Positions 62,534 through 64,000 of a stretch of 64,000 bases of DNA are shown in pieces. The DNA is from Spizellomyces punctatus DAOM BR117. Lineage: Eukaryota. The notes under the pieces were generated by a model that was not told where the DNA came from, ran no database searches, and saw only the letters and a list, made by a program, of their open reading frames with translations. Every line of letters starts with the position of its first letter. The first letter of the stretch is position 1. A program made the translations under genes and the position numbers. The stretch is from assembly GCA_000182565.2 (NCBI GenBank), contig KQ257450.1; one strand, 5' to 3'.

Positions 62534-64000
62534 ATGGCCCTCGTCAGCGTTCTAAATCGCACAATGCTGGACCTGACGGACTTGACAGGCTTGCCCCAGG
62601 ATAAGCTCTACATGTACGGCGGCCTCTTTGTGTTCATGTTTGTTTTGTTGCTTGTGAACCGCCAGGTAAGGACGCTCTTGTCAGTCTCCCGCAACGCAGC
62701 AATCATGCTGAAATCATTGCCCACCTTTGATTGTAGTCTGACGGAGTCGCTGCCAAGAAGAACCTGCCCCCAGCGGTTCCTCACACTGTTCCCCTCCTGG
62801 GCAACGCCGTACCCTACGGAATGGCCCCTGTGGAGTTTCTCCAAGACTGCATGAAAAAGGTATGCAGACGAGACAAGGCGGAATCTATGGTGTCCTCTTG
62901 ACACGTGGACATGAATAATCATTAACTATCCCTAATTGACAGTATGGCGACTGCTTCACCTTTATCATGATGGGCCGCAAGATGACGTTCTGCCTCGGCC
63001 CAGACGGAAACCACTTTGTGTTCAACGTTAAGCTCGCCAACGCCATCGCTGAAGGCGCATATGATAAATTGACTGTCCCAGTATTTGGTACAGAGGTCGT
63101 ATATGATGTCCAGAATGCTGTCTTTATGGAGCAGAAAAAGTAAGTAGGTCCACTTGTAACGGCATGCCCAATGATGCAGCCAGCTCACTGATTTAACAAA
63201 ACCAGGTTCGTAAAGGATGCCCTTACCACAACTGCTTTCAAATCCTACGTCCCAATCCTCACTCAAGAGGCAACTGATTTCTTCCGCGAATGGGCTGACG
63301 AAGGCTCACGCTTCGATCTCTTCCCCCAAATGTCGGAATTGACCATCCGTACTGCTTCTCACTGCCTTATGGGCAAAGAAATCCGGGAGCAGCTCCACTC
63401 TAACGTTGCCAAGCTCTACCACGACCTTGATCAAGGTTTCCAACCTATCAACGTTTTCTTCAAGTGGCTGCCGCTCCCTGCCTACTTTGCCCGTGACAAG
63501 GCCCACAAAATCATGACGGATACTTTCTTGAAAATTCTTGAAAACCGAAGGGCAAAGAGTGACTTTGATAACAAGGATGTTCTGCAGAGTTTGATGGATT
63601 CAGAGTACCGGGATGGTTCAAAGATGTCGGATCAAGCAATTGCACACATGATGATTGCTGCGCTAATGGCTGGCCAGCACACGAGTTCCACGACGGTTTC
63701 CTGGGTCATATTTGAACTAGCAAACAACCCCCACGTGATGTATGTATATCGCAAGATGTTTACCTGCTACAGATAGGACCGCCGTGCTAACAACTTCATC
63801 TAGTGTGGACCTACTCAAAGAACAGGCCGAAGTCCTCACCGGGGACGCTACCACACCACCACACCAACTCCCTGCCCTCAGTTATGATGCCTTGCGCAAC
63901 CTCCCCCTTTTGGAAGCTGTGCTAAAGGAAACCCTCCGACTTCACCCACCAATCCACACCGTCATGCGTCTCGTTGTCAAGGACATTGAATACAAGGGCT
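62534..64000 (+). CDS. ERG11: Sterol 14-alpha-demethylase CYP51 (3' end outside the window)
   Basis: N-terminal TM anchor; PPAVPHTVPLLGNAVPYG, KYGDCFTF, AEGAYDKLTVPVFGTEVVYDV.N..FMEQKK, ELTIRTAS.CL.G.EIR, LY.DLD.GF.PIN, IAALMAGQHTS, KETLRLHPPIH. Confidence 0.96.

Noticed and set aside
1-64000. CRISPR arrays, rRNA genes or intact transposons
   Set aside because: No regularly spaced repeats, rRNA-like sequence, or transposase/reverse-transcriptase motifs were seen by eye.

Overview
Intron-rich eukaryotic DNA with many short (~50-80 nt) GT-AG introns and tightly packed genes. The gene content (fungal ACH1, ERG13, CYP51 and MSH1 alongside animal-like ULK3, WDR62/MAPKBP1 and Gemin7) points to a zoosporic, early-diverging fungus, probably a chytrid; this is inference. 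About 24 protein-coding genes and one tRNA-Lys(CTT) are supported. Housekeeping blocks at ~1-22 kb and ~30-64 kb flank an accessory-looking stretch at ~22.1-29.9 kb. That stretch holds a secreted stanniocalcin-like protein, an intronless, strongly codon-biased secreted protein that looks bacterial (candidate horizontal transfer), and decayed stop-interrupted frames on both sides of it. Other notable items: an EED/ESC-like WD40 protein with a very long disordered N-terminus and an apparently intact aromatic cage; a Na/K-type P-ATPase with PQGL in place of PEGL and clustered PacC/Crz1-like promoter motifs; a head-to-head ERG13/CYP51 pair; a kinase-FHA-FHA protein; a membrane-anchored methyltransferase; and a PAM2-motif coiled-coil protein. 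All calls come from manual splicing/translation and motif recall, not database searches. Exon boundaries and some start codons are approximate.
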